DNA of 52,366 nucleotides, counting the filler, from Sphacelaria rigidula (lineage: Eukaryota): the NCBI GenBank assembly GCA_964200075.2. It is 4 parts of 4 records of this genome, joined end to end, with 100 filler letters (N's around TTAATTAATTAA, not from the genome) between each part and the next. Parts side by side here need not be neighbours in the genome. Positions count along the whole stretch, not along the records: positions 39,351 to 52,366 come from CAXNAA020003227.1; 3 more parts are not named here. One strand, given 5' to 3'. Under the pieces are notes generated by a model. It had not been told where the DNA came from and searched no databases. It saw only the letters and a list, made by a program, of their open reading frames with translations. The position numbers were made by a program, and so were the translations under genes. Positions 40,455 to 52,366 of the stretch are shown piece after piece (position 1 is the first letter of the stretch; every line of letters starts with the position of its first letter).

Positions 40455-40490
40455 ACGAGGGGAACCACCTTTTGTTACGTGCCGATATAG

Positions 40491-40566
40491 TGTGTTGTCG
40501 CCCCATCTATTCTGGGCGCCGGTCTACACCTTTCGGTACATGTGGGCGCACCAGCCGGGGTCACAT
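40491..40566 (-). repeat. 3' fragment of the tRNA-derived SINE
   Basis: gtgtgttgtcgccccatctattctgggcgcc...tgtgggcgcaccagccggggtcaca is homologous to 51825-51899. Confidence 0.75.
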
Positions 40567-41046
40567 AATAGTGCTCTCAATCCGATTCATTGGTCAGGAC
40601 CCGTCAGGCCAAGTACTGAAAGTTTAGTCGGCGGTTGAAAAGCCGGGCTTGACCAATTCAGCCGCAATCCCCACCACCACCACCCTCACCCCCCCCCTCC
40701 CCATCAATTCGACACCGTAGATGCGATTTCGGCGTTGCCTTTTGTGGTAACTTGCTTAGAAACCTTAATTGGCGATCTTGAATGTCAAGTGGTCACTTTC
40801 CGGTAAAATGAGGTTGATATCGTAAATGGCACCTCGGGTTCGGAGTATCCCGTCAGCTTTTCGGTCGATATATATATATATACATATATATACATTGTAT
40901 ATATATGTATATGCGCACGTCTCTTCTCAAAATGATTATCGTTATTTCCCCAAGTCGCCCCCGATCTTTGATTCTAGACCATCCCTTCCCCACATTCAAT
41001 GTGCTCGTCAACAAATATTGTTTGATAAGAATTTGCTGTAAAGCAG

Positions 41047-44000
41047 TTGACAGCTTTGGCAGAAGATATACTACCAGCACCCGACGTGTTCACGGACTAC
41101 ACGGACACAAATGGAACCTGGAGGACACTCGACAGTGACGGAACCTACGAGGACAACAGCGTTTGGACAAGGTTTGTTCTGTCGCGCGTGGGACAAGAGC
41201 AGACTAGGAAAGTAGCATCAACCAGTGAACATGACCAAATGCGCCGAAGAAGTGGTGTATGGCTCAACGAGAGATGCTACATATTTCGGCGGGAAACGCT
41301 GTTCCTTTCCAAATATTCGTATCTTCAACCATACATATCTCCACAGTTGAAACCCCTCAGAAACAAGATAGGTTCGTTCTAAAGTTATATTGGTCCGGTG
41401 CCTGCCGACCGGTTGCCGGGGTTTTTGAGAGCAAGCCTGTTTCTTTTCGGTAGATCAGTGAGCAGAGAGAGAACCAGTTGCCGCGTCGTGCAGGAGGGGT
41501 TGGCGGTAGTCGACGTCTCGTGCGCGTCATGGATACGAATATGCGAGAAGTTGGTTCAGGAAGTATGACAACGAGGGCATAAGCGATGCAGTCGGCTTCC
41601 ACTGATATCTCGGACAAGTGGAATGTTTTCGACATTTATTTCGAGGACGTAAACGCAGGCCACAACATTTTAGCTCATCACACACCCCCAATCCCGTCCG
41701 CGTGCTGTGACGTACCGTGTGTGTGTGTGTGTGTGTGCGTGCGCGCGCGCGTTGTTGCAGTGGTATGGTGTGCGGGCAGTACTGGTACCTGTTCAGCTAT
41801 ACGGAGGAAGAATATTGGCAGGTGAGGTGTCAACGTTGCCATCTCCTCACGCTATACAAAATTAAACGGTGTTTTCGTCGACATGGAGTAAGGTCAGCTT
41901 CGTGAACTGCCTCCGCTACTTTCGAGCTTTCATTCATGTTTGCGTTTGGCGCCCCCGCCACTCAGCATGCCCATTGATTGCCAACACATGTTTGTTTATA
42001 TGCTTGCCTTCTCAGACGACGGCGGAGGCTTGCACGGCTGGTATGAACGGTACGCAGTTCGCTGACGACAACGACGTTGGATTCCAGGTGAGTCCGCGAA
42101 GCATGCGAGATCAGGAAACGGTATGTTGGTGGTCGAATCGGCCTCGGACTCGGTCACATTTATGGTATAGCTGGACAAGAATCCATTGTTTTCTTCACAT
42201 TCGTAACTTCAACGCCTCATACTCTCGGTAAACGTCTTGTCTTGTAGTACTATAAAGTGTCCAGACAACTATCATACTGCAGTTCCACAAGTTCGGCCCC
42301 GAAAAAAACTTCAACATTCACATTATTCGTGAATAATCGTCGACCAACCTTCCAACCTTCCAAGCCTCCCTTTCTCCTGTTTACCTGGAAAACTGAAGCC
42401 AAGATGTGTCTGAAGGATTGTCGACACGCATGTTTATACCTCACGGAGAAACGCACGCGAATGTGCCTTTTCTGGTGTCGCTGCCGATTCCTCCCTCCTC
42501 AATTGGCTAGCAACACGATGACGGACGGCAACCAGACGAGATGATCACTGGTGTTTCAGTGCGTGGATGGAATAAACGAGAACTATTTCACGTGACGATC
42601 GTTTCGTCCTTTGATCGGTGCAGGTTTTCAACTCGTACGGTCTCGGCTACAAGCTGACCGGGAACGCGGACTACAAGAAGCAAGTCATCACCGGCGCTCA
42701 AACGCTCTACGATATCAGATACGATGTAAGTATACTGTCGCCACGCTTACCGTTCAAGCTGGAAGCTTGAAACGAGTAAAATTATAACCTTGGTCCGTGC
42801 ACAAACCTCCAGTCGTGTGGGTAGAAATCGTTATAGACAGAAACCTGTGGTCGGTCCGTGAGCCTGAACCAACTGTGGCCTGAAGGGAGTAAAAACCCCT
42901 CATTTTCACGGTTTTCTCTGGGATAATGTTCGGTTTGCAACACGAATACTATATAATATATACATACAGTAGAAGATCTTGGGCGATGCAAAGTTCTGGG
43001 TTCGCTCGTTTCTGTTCCTTCTCGTTCGTCTTCGCATTTCTAGGCGTCTTTTTTGTTCTCTACTACGTGTCGCAGTTGCTGGTCGATCAGTCGCATTTTG
43101 TTTGGGGTACTAGCATGCATGCAAACATATCTCCTCCCCCTCACCCCTCGTCTCCCTCTAAATACCGAGTTTCACGTAAAGCAATCGTCATTCATTTGTA
43201 TGTGGTTGCATTGCTGTTGTTGCCGTTTTTGTGTCAGCTATCTGAGCAGATATGCCGTAACTTTCTCTGGACAATCCAATTTCCCTCTTCGTGATCTCCC
43301 ACATGTACCTCCATATGGACTTCTGCAGGGAAAAATCCCGGCTTACTGGTCATGGGCCAACCCTTCCCGAAGACCGGATTGGGATCGAGCCGTGAACGTG
43401 GACATGATGATGAACCTCGAGATTGTGCTCTGGTCGGTGGAGAACGGAGGAAATGAGTCTTGGACCGAAGCTGCTGCAGGGTGAGAAGTCATGAGCTTGC
43501 AATCCTCCTCTCGGTGTGGCTTCGTGTTCTGTGTTCTGACTGTTGCAGTCCGTGGTCCCGCACTTTGTATCGCGCACATCATTGAACGGACTTCGATATT
43601 AACGAGGCAAGAAACACAACCATTCGTCTGAGGAAAACGACGGTTGAGACATATTCGGCACAGACGCGGCTGCTAGCTGATAAGAAGCGCGAAGATGTCA
43701 CTGATTCATCTGGGCGTTCGCTCCCGTGAACCATGAAGCAATCAGGAAGCAAGCAGGCAGAGCTAAAATAAGGTTTTTTGATTCACGCGTCCGAACTTTC
43801 GTGTCAACACGTGAAAACCGGCTTGCAGCATCACCTGCACATGCTGCAATTCCCGTTACACGTGTTCAACCCAGTGTTTTGGAGGCCGAAATAGATGCTC
43901 TAGAAAAAGTGGTGAAACAGCATGCAATCCGTGCAGTACAACCAAAACCAAAAGATCGAACGTCGCTCCACAAAAAGAAGGCGAAACAGCAAACACTCTG

Positions 44001-47000
44001 TAGTACAACCAAAATCAGTAGATCGGAAGCCAGCTCCCGATTATCTTCAGTTTGACCCGTCGTTTTGGTTGCGTCACTTCTTCCCTTCAGATCTCACGAT
44101 TTCCTGAATTGTTAGTGTTCTTGAAAGAATGATTCCCTTCATCATCGCGCTCTTGACTCCATGTGGTGTGGTTACATGACACACGAACATTTTACGGATG
44201 CCACTAAATCACGGTCGCCCCGTCCCTCTCCCTCACAACGCGTGCGTATTGTACAGGCACGCGGACACCACTTGGAAAGATATAGTTCGGGACGACAACA
44301 GCACGTACCACGTCGCCGACTACGATAATTCAACCGGGGTGTTGGTCGATAAAGGTATGATACTCGGGACAGCCTTCATTTCGTTTGCTGCTTGTCGAAA
44401 GATCCGTTTGGTCTGTTCTCGGGATCACATTATACACGTGCTGCAGCGCGCACGTGGTGGGGAAATTAGCATTAAGAGTGTATATATCTTCGATTGGCAA
44501 CGTCGCACCGTGAACGCATGGAGCTATCGCAAACTCAACACAACAACCTTCGTACATTTTACTTGAATTCTGAGGACATTTCGAAAGAATCATTGAAGTT
44601 GCTGTTTGCCATTCGCGCTGTCAGATTTTGACCCCCTTGGAAACGGAAAGAATCCCGGAAAATATCTCTGTGGAGACCCACGTACGATTTGAAAGCAAAT
44701 ACAGCATATTTGCAGTGAGTAGGTCAGACGCAACGTTTGTCTGTGTCTTCTTCTTCGTAACTTTCTCAGGACCCAAGTCTGGGCACTTTCGGCACAGGTT
44801 GTTACGCCCGCTTCTCTTTCCGTGTCCCCTTCCTTCTCCCCTGTGGACTTTCGATGCCAGATTTTGGGAACCAACCGACTGGATTCTTGTGGGGATGGAT
44901 CCTTCGTCGACTGCACATGTTCGAATTTTGAAAACGTTGCAGACGCTCTTGATGACCCCAGGCCAGAAAACCATCGCCTTAAGCCAAGACATGGTAACTT
45001 AGGACACCATCAACTCACCCGGTAGGGGCTTACCCGACTTGCCAAAAAAGGTCCTAAGACACACAGTGGGTGGTTCATTGCCCCAAGCCTCGAGTATTCA
45101 GTCGAAATGTCTCGCCTCCTTCGTGTGTACTTCGATCTTGCGTGGTTTGTGTTGATTCCCACCCCAGTCCCGCCCGTCCCACGCCCTGCTCTCTTCCCCC
45201 CAATGTTCTCGCCTGCAACCAACCAAACAAAAAACTAACGCAGGGACATACCAGGGAGCGTTCGACGAGAGCACTTGGAGCAGAGGGCAGGCATGGGCTA
45301 CCTACGGCTACATCATGACGCACCGTTTCATCCCCGATGGCCCATACTTGACGTATGCCGAAGGATTGCTACAGTGAGTTCACAACCGTTCAATGGTGGA
45401 ATGTTCCATGTAAGGGGCATATACTGTATCCTACTGCAGTGGCGACCCGCCCGTGGCCCGCCCAAAAGAAATGAGGTTGTGACGAAACAAGGATAAAGTG
45501 CTCAGCCTCAGCGACGACCGCTACACGTGAGTCCACTAGAGTGGGCCATGATCAACCATTAGATGAGCAACTCAGGCTGAGCCTAATTCTAGTTTTTTCA
45601 TGAGCGGGCTGCTACTGTAGTCAATTCAATCACGGTGGTCGGACATTAATCAATGATGAGACGCGTGTTTCACGAGGCTGAGTTCACGAAGATATGCGTA
45701 TAACATAAAAGTGTGGCAGGCAGTGAAGACATACCCTAGAGACCAGATACGGGCGGTGAACTTTGGAAGTATTCAGCGAGATTATGATTTTGACATGAAT
45801 GTTGGAAGCTCACATCCCATAAGGGTAAAAAAAAAGAGAAATATAGGCGAGCTATACGTGCAAGCTTGCTTACAACAGGCAAGGAATGGACTCGGAGGAA
45901 AGGGGATCCAAACGCGCAATCGATTACTGGTTTCCCGAAGGAAAATGCGTAGGGATGACCCAATACGTAACCGAACGTGGAAACCCTCGGTCTCTTTTTC
46001 CCCCTCCACGCTTGCTCCGCTTTGCGTGAACTCACTTTCATGCGTGCGGGTGACGAATTTCATTTCACGTTTTGCTTCACCTTCTCTCTCCCTTCCATCG
46101 CCCTTTATCGTAATTTACTTTGCACGTCTCTCTACAGGTATTTCGATGATAACAACGACGAGGATCACATTCCTCCGGCTGATTTCGAGGCCGAAAGAAA
46201 CGCGTCGAACCCCAAAGACTCCTCCTCTACTGTCATTGTCGCGTCCGCACTCTTCGAGATGTTCCACATGACTGGTGAGACTTGTCGTCTTCTATAAAGT
46301 ATTCCGGTACCCCCCTTGTGTCTCCCCATTTTTTGTCTGTCCTCCTCACACATGGAAGAAGCGGACCTTCGTTTTTTTCGCCGCCAGTGCTGCAGTCCGT
46401 TTCAAAACTCTCGCTCTACCTACCCCCTTCTTGTCACCCTTAGTCCCTTTACTCCAGCCGCTCCCCATCTCACCGTGTACCGAATCGCACCGTATCCCGC
46501 CAAACACAACAGAGGACCCGGTACACCTGGAATTGGCGATATTGTACTTGAAATCTGCTCTGCAACCAACGTACTACGAGCCAGATGCTGACGATGGGTG
46601 GCAATCTATCCTACGCAGAGCTTCCTCCGCATACGATTCCCCTGAAGTGGGAGCGGTATTCGGCGACTACTTCTGCATCGAATCTATGGTGAGCCAACCG
46701 TTGGAAAAATCGATTGTTCGCATGTTTTGGATTGAGCCTGCGTTGTCAACTACATGTTTGTATCTCACCAATTCCATCGGCACATCGAGTCGACCCGCCC
46801 GCAGCACGTTTTGACAGACTCACTTCAACAGCCGATAGACATCTCACGGCCTCGGGCGGACTACAGCCGTATGTTATTGGTTACGCAACCGTGCCGGAGG
46901 CACGTTTTTACGCGATCTGGCTTCACCAGAGCTAATAAATACGTTATCCTTGGGCGAAATTCCAAGAGAAAAACGATAGCGCACTTGGCTTGAAAGTTGG

Positions 47001-50000
47001 ATTTTCAAAAACGTAGCCCATTTGAAAGTTTTACAAGAACAGAAATAGGACCGTGATCTCTAGTCTCTAATTTTTTATCGAAGAAATATCGAACTGGTAC
47101 GAGGCCACCACTGCTGCTGCTGCATGTCGTGTATTGTGCATTGTAGCTGTGTGCTGTATGTAGCATACGCAGCCGTGAACGGCTTATAAAGCCGGTAACG
47201 ACAGATGAAGGTCTGAAACCATTATTCAAACTTTTCATACAACCGTTACCATTATCACCGTTATAATCATGGCCACTTTGTAACTGGTACTATTTCCGAG
47301 CTCTATGAAATACTGAAGATACCCAAGTTCCAAAGAGTATACAATTGGGGTGCAGTTGGGTCACGACGGAACCTCGACACTCTCGACAACGGTGACAACT
47401 AGCAGCAAAAAAGGCACGGTCCGCAGCGCCATGGCTGTGAGCGTATCCATTTAGATATGTGAGAGTACGTTGGCCACCGGGTTCCTGCGGTGTGGAGTGG
47501 AGACGTTATGGTGCGGGCTATGGCACAGAAAAGTCGCCATGTGCTCACTCGAAGAATGAAGGACAAAGCATGCATGTTCCGTTGAAAAGTCACCCGCGCA
47601 CAAGAGACCACCCCGTCGTTTTTGACCATGATGGAAATTACCCTGTGTGCTGATTGCACAAAATATACGATGCAGATGCGGTACAACGCCATGGCTCCGT
47701 CCATCCTGCTGCGCGAGGTGACGGTCGATCTCGTCTTCATCCAGGACGGTGACATGCAGGTACTGGACGATTGGATGCCAACTGCGTTTGAACTTCGACG
47801 CGTGTTTTTACCGCAGCCAATGATGTTGCCTACTAGTTGAACATTGACACTTTGACCCTTTGTCCACTCTCCTCATTGGGCGCCTCACTGGTACACAACA
47901 AAGCGGTCGCGAGAAATGGAACCGAATGTCCCGAATTCTGCTGATTTTGTGCTCATCCAACCGGTAGATGCCCACCGATGATTATTCCATCATCGATCAC
48001 GTACCCGTGCTCTCTGTCGGAAAATGATGACCAATGGATATCTTCTGGATCTGATGAAAGTTGGATGGGATGAGCCTCCTTTGATAGTGATGGAGGCGAT
48101 TGGTCGCTGCCTCGGTAATTTAGTGTCTCTGATCGCTGCGTAATAATTGCCGTTGTCCTGTCCCGTTTTCATGTTCATTTTGCGGGAGTCAGCCCGACGA
48201 CGATGCACACGATATCGTGGTGGCTGGAGCGATATACTCGGCCGAGTATCTGGTCGACACAGATTTCTCCAGAATGAGCGCCTCGTCTGATGTTTCGGTG
48301 TGGTGAGTGACACAGCCGGAGCTAATTGGACAGAACACACGCCGCTTCACCTTGAATAAACTCCGTATATTGTGGGATTAGAGTGGTAAAGTCAACGGCG
48401 AGTATCCCATCGAGCTGTGTGCTCAATCATCACCCTTCCGGGTACTTACATCAGCTATCAATCGATGTGTGAGCTTGCGTTGGCAAGGCTTCCAGCCGTG
48501 GGTTTTGTCGGTGGTTATTGTTGTGCCCCAGACATACCACAAGGCTACGGGAATTCGACCGGCGTGGAAGAATTGGTACAAGACTTCGTCGGGAAACCTA
48601 CGGTTGTGCTGCCCATCGCCATATTCTCCTCTGCGAACGTCGTGTTTGATGGGGTGAGCGTGAAGTTGACTGCTTCTCGGATCCAGAAGCAGCACATCAC
48701 ACCTTGTTCCAGTTTTCGCGTAGAAGCCCTCTTGAAGTAAGCCGTCTTGTTTGTTCCTCTCCTCGTTTACTGTTTCTGCGGATGTTCACTGACATTGTGC
48801 AGGTATGGAATTACGCTCACGAGTACGGGCACATTGCCCACTGGGTTTGAAGTCGAAAGCGAAGGAGGCATCTGCACGGCGGCAATCTATGAACCCGCCG
48901 GAGGCTGGAAGGTCGGGAAGAATACGTGAGTGCGCTACGATAATTGAACCAGTATTCTGAGCAATAAAGAAAAACCTGTCAAAATGCAGTTTCTCTCGCA
49001 ATCTCGGACTCGTTCGCCCATCACTCCGAAGGCTGTTCGTCGTCAACTGAAATGTTCCTCGACACGGCAACCCTTTTCTGGTCGAAGAGTACACGGGCGT
49101 TGAGACCATTCGCTTGTACTCGTTTTCATGTTATTGCTTGTTTTTCATCGCACCTCCATTGTTTACAGCCGAGGTTGCGCTCATTTGAAACAAAATAAAA
49201 CATAAATGGCGCAACGTTGTGAAGCACGCAGCAAACACACCAACTCCAATGTTCACGCCCACACCATGCCATCCTGTACCTTCGAATGTTCGTGCGTTAA
49301 ACTCGAAACACGCAACAGACATTCAGAGGACACGAAACGCAGGTTACCATGTTCTTCCAGGTCGCTTCTCGGGTCTAGCGCGTTGACTCACACTTTGATG
49401 CGCGCAGCATATGTTGCATCGCGGATTGGATTGTCTATCCCGAACGGTGTCGATTTGTGTCAGGCGAACGTTTCGGTACTCGCGTGCGCTTTGGGATACA
49501 TCACACGTCGGACAACTCATGAGTTACCTCAGTCAGGTTGCATAACTCACTCGGCCAGAGTATGCACCGCCGAGTCATTCTTCTGCAACTCATCTGGCCA
49601 GAATGTGACCGCTGAGTTTAGACTTCCGTTTTATTTTTTTCGTTCCCTTCATGAAACGAGCATGCGTCCTATTCAAAAGGGGATCATTTTGTAGCGGAAG
49701 CCCCACCGAGGCTTCACAATTACCCGGTTTTAGTGTGGAATAACGAATACCAAGACCCCGCATTACTTTTGCGAATTCTGTGCTGTATGATTCACCATAT
49801 CGGAATATACATCACCGAGTTTTGTTGCATATATCATGCCTGAGTTATCGGAAAACGAGTTATGCCGTGCAACTCACCTGATCGAAAACATGCGGAATAC
49901 AGCGGTCAACACTAGTGACTTGTGTGAGTGTGCTGTGTGTTTTCCCATCTTTTCTGGACGACACTCTACACCTTTTGGTACATGTGAACACATCAGCCGC

Positions 50001-50607
50001 AGCACCGTAAGGATGGGCATTCATCAAATATTTTGTCTTTGTCCTGAACTCACAATGCGGGAGTTCCGCACACAGAGGACGTATGATATATTTCTCACCT
50101 GACTAATTGTCTACCTGATCAGATAAATTATGCAGCGCTGAGCAATGTTGTCTGAATAACTCACAGGTGAGTTGTGGGGAAAAGAGTAAACTCGAGTTAA
50201 CCTACCCATTAACCTGAGTTGATCTGTCCAAGGTGTGAACTATGTGGGGAATGTCCAACAATGGGTGCACGAACACATTAGGCGAATACAGCTAGCACAA
50301 GAGTGTTGATCGAGATGCATTTTTGCTGGCAACACACACACGCCTACACACTATTCCACGTGTTCCGCTCGTGTGGTGTCATTGTACTTGCTTGAAATGT
50401 TTCTTCAGGGGTGTCTTGAGCATTGCGGCTGAATCCCGAGCGTGCTTTGCTGGGATCACTGAGGTTTTGGGGGTCGTGCTATGGTTTTCGGGTGGTGATG
50501 ACACAGACTCCGAGGATATGTCCACCTTCAGCTCCAGCTTCGACTTCGACTATGAGGACGAGATTACCATCAACCACCTGATTGTGGGACACGCGCTGGA
50601 ATTCTAG
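41047..50607 (+). CDS. Glycoside hydrolase family 88 (unsaturated glucuronyl hydrolase-like) with C-terminal extension; 5' exon(s) not identified
   Basis: Phase-consistent exons 41047-41171, 41761-41821, 42016-42087, 42624-42725, 43329-43480, 44257-44354, 45244-45373, 46138-46274, 46513-46688 and 47676-~47759, then ~48532-48653/48736, 48803-48925 and 50409-50607 (stop). GH88 motifs appear in order: WTSG..G..W, NDVGF, SYGLGYKLTGN, YWSW, VDMMMNLE, HADTT...STYHVADY, TYQG..DESTWSRGQAW..YG, DSSS...ASALFE, FGDYF.IE. Confidence 0.92.
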
Positions 50608-51179
50608 GGCAAAACAAATCGTTGTGTACCTAATTGTACTCTTGTATATGAAGAAAGTGGTTCCGAGGGTCGGACGAATGAATGATTCGTCCGAAAAAAA
50701 CCTCATGTTATTATGATTGACTCGTACGGTATGAATCAATCCTAACGCTTTGTTTTCAGCGTTGCAACCCAGGTACGCGCATCCCAGGTACGTGGAATGG
50801 CGCAAAAGTTGCGTGGAGACCTTTTTGACCAGCAGTCGACTTATTTTCTCTTTTTCCATCAATCAGGCCTAAGAAATCGTGGATTTGGTGATTAGAACCG
50901 GCGATGATTCGTCCGAACCGTGGGTGATTCGGACGTGATTTCATTCTGCAGAGCGACATGTAACATTTCTTCGTGCACAGATTCTGATATTGGTGTCCAT
51001 GCTCCTTACCCCCCCTCCCCCCCCTGTTATATTTTCTGGTCTATATATTCTTAAATTGGTATTGCCGTTCCTCTTTCTCCGCGTTGGCCGCTGTCAATGG
51101 TCACACGACTAAGGCAAGCAACAATTGAGTATGCGTTGGCCGATGTCGCTATCCGGAGTTTGTGCTCCAGCTGGCTCGT

Positions 51180-51266
51180 AGTCCCACTGCACAGGGAAGT
51201 ATAGTTCACTGCACAGGAAAGTATCGTCCACTGCACAGGAAAGTATAGTCCACTGCACAGGGTAGT
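51180..51266. repeat. 22-bp tandem repeat, 4 copies
   Basis: (gtccactgcacaggaaagtata)-like units read directly. Confidence 0.9.
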
Positions 51267-51821
51267 GTGCTCCGTGGCGGATTTTGGCGAATTTTGTGTT
51301 TTGTGGCTGCGAAATACGTGGTATCAGAAGTGAGGTTGGTGTAGATGGAAGTGCAGTAGTTCTGTCGGTCGTGTGATTTCTCATGCTGGGGTCCCGTGAG
51401 TTGTCTTCATCAGTTGGATATTGTGTATTCCATGCTCCTGGCACTGGTCGATACTGCCTTTTTTTGCGATGGGGTGTTTTGTTCGACACCCAAGCCCGAG
51501 GTATTAATTCTCATCTTTTCCCGAAGCTTAGATTAGTTTTGATCTCACAATGAGTCTGAGACATTGCTCTCTTGTTCAGCGTAAATCCCGAAACAGTGCT
51601 CCGAACCTGATTTGAAGGTGTAGTGTTGAACGACGCGATGTCGTGCTCGTTAGCGCTGGGGGGTCACAACGGGCTTTCAGAGTCGTTGAAAGGCGGTGGA
51701 AGAGTTTCCATGCAATTAAGGGGGATTAGGCCGACAAGAATGTCAGTCAGGCATGAAGAACTTTAGGTTTAGGTTAGAGAACGGTTTAGGAGTGCATGAA
51801 AACCCCCGTTCATTGTTAGTG

Positions 51822-52312
51822 TACGTGTGCGTTGCCGTCCCATCTATTCTGGACGCTAGTGTCCACTTCGTATGTGGGCCCACCAACCGGGGTCACACAG
51901 GAGGAAAACAACACATTTTTTTTTGTTATTTTGTTTGTTTTAGTTCCTCACCTCCCTTCTGCGGCGCCTTTTTCATCGTGAGGGAGGTCCAGCAGTCCCA
52001 TTCCCTCATCGACTCCGAAGTCGAATTTTGTGTACCCACGACATATTCGCTATTCACTGTTGGGCGTTGTGTGTGGAACCTATTCCAGATCGCTCCGAGA
52101 GTCGAACCCACGACCCAACTGTCCGAAGATTTCGAGGTTACCAACCGAGCCACTTCTGCGGTGCCTTTTTTATCGTGAGGAAGGTCCAGCAGTCCCATTC
52201 CCTGGTCGACTCTGACGTCGAATTTTGTGTACACACGACATATTTGCTCTCCACCGTTGGGCATTGTGTGTATAAACAATCCCAGACCGCTCAGAGAGTC
52301 GAACCCACGACC
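51822..52312 (-). mobile_element. tRNA-derived SINE (~52153-51822) with an adjacent tandem partial copy (52312-52154)
   Basis: The minus strand begins gtggctcggttggt (A box, 52153-52140) then ggttcgactc (B box, 52108-52099). A second B box at 52305-52296 gives a 197-bp period. The 3' body recurs at 22890, 40491 and 49935. Confidence 0.75.
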
Positions 52313-52366
52313 GAGTCATCCTACGATAGGGGGGGGGGTATTTGGTTGCACGAAAAAAGAGGCTGA

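Noticed and set aside
30960-50607. A motor-less mini-dynein adjacent to GH88, or a dynein-GH88 gene cluster
   Set aside because: The two genes lie on different contigs joined by an artificial linker. The missing motor domain is explained by the contig end.
51180-51266. Possible CRISPR-like repeats
   Set aside because: The units are directly tandem with no unique spacers, there are no cas genes, and the context is eukaryotic.
52095-52153. Possible tRNA gene
   Set aside because: A and B boxes are present, but I found no convincing acceptor stem or cloverleaf, and it is embedded in a dispersed repeat. Treated as a SINE head.

Overview
Eukaryotic, intron-rich DNA with GT-AG introns and many MITE/SINE repeats. 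Gene content and repeat style suggest a brown alga or related stramenopile (inference). The window is not contiguous: four pieces of 13017, 13017, 13016 and 13016 bp are joined by identical 100-nt N/TTAATTAATTAA linkers, so they are most likely size-sorted, unlinked contigs. Contig 1 (1-13017): a partly resolved minus-strand gene of unknown function plus MITEs. Contig 2 (13118-26134): the 3' exons of an unknown membrane protein gene and, about 5 kb away, an inverted duplication of that gene's own intron/exon junction. Its inner 205 nt form a G:U-enriched hairpin, a candidate target-derived miRNA/hpRNA locus and the most interesting signal here. Contig 3 (26235-39250): a PH-domain/coiled-coil gene head-to-head with a divergent axonemal dynein heavy chain (DNAH6-like) N-terminal region. 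Contig 4 (39351-52366): a multi-exon GH88 unsaturated glucuronyl hydrolase-like gene with both catalytic Asp motifs and an extra C-terminal module, plus a tRNA-derived SINE. All protein assignments come from manual translation and motif recognition, not database searches.
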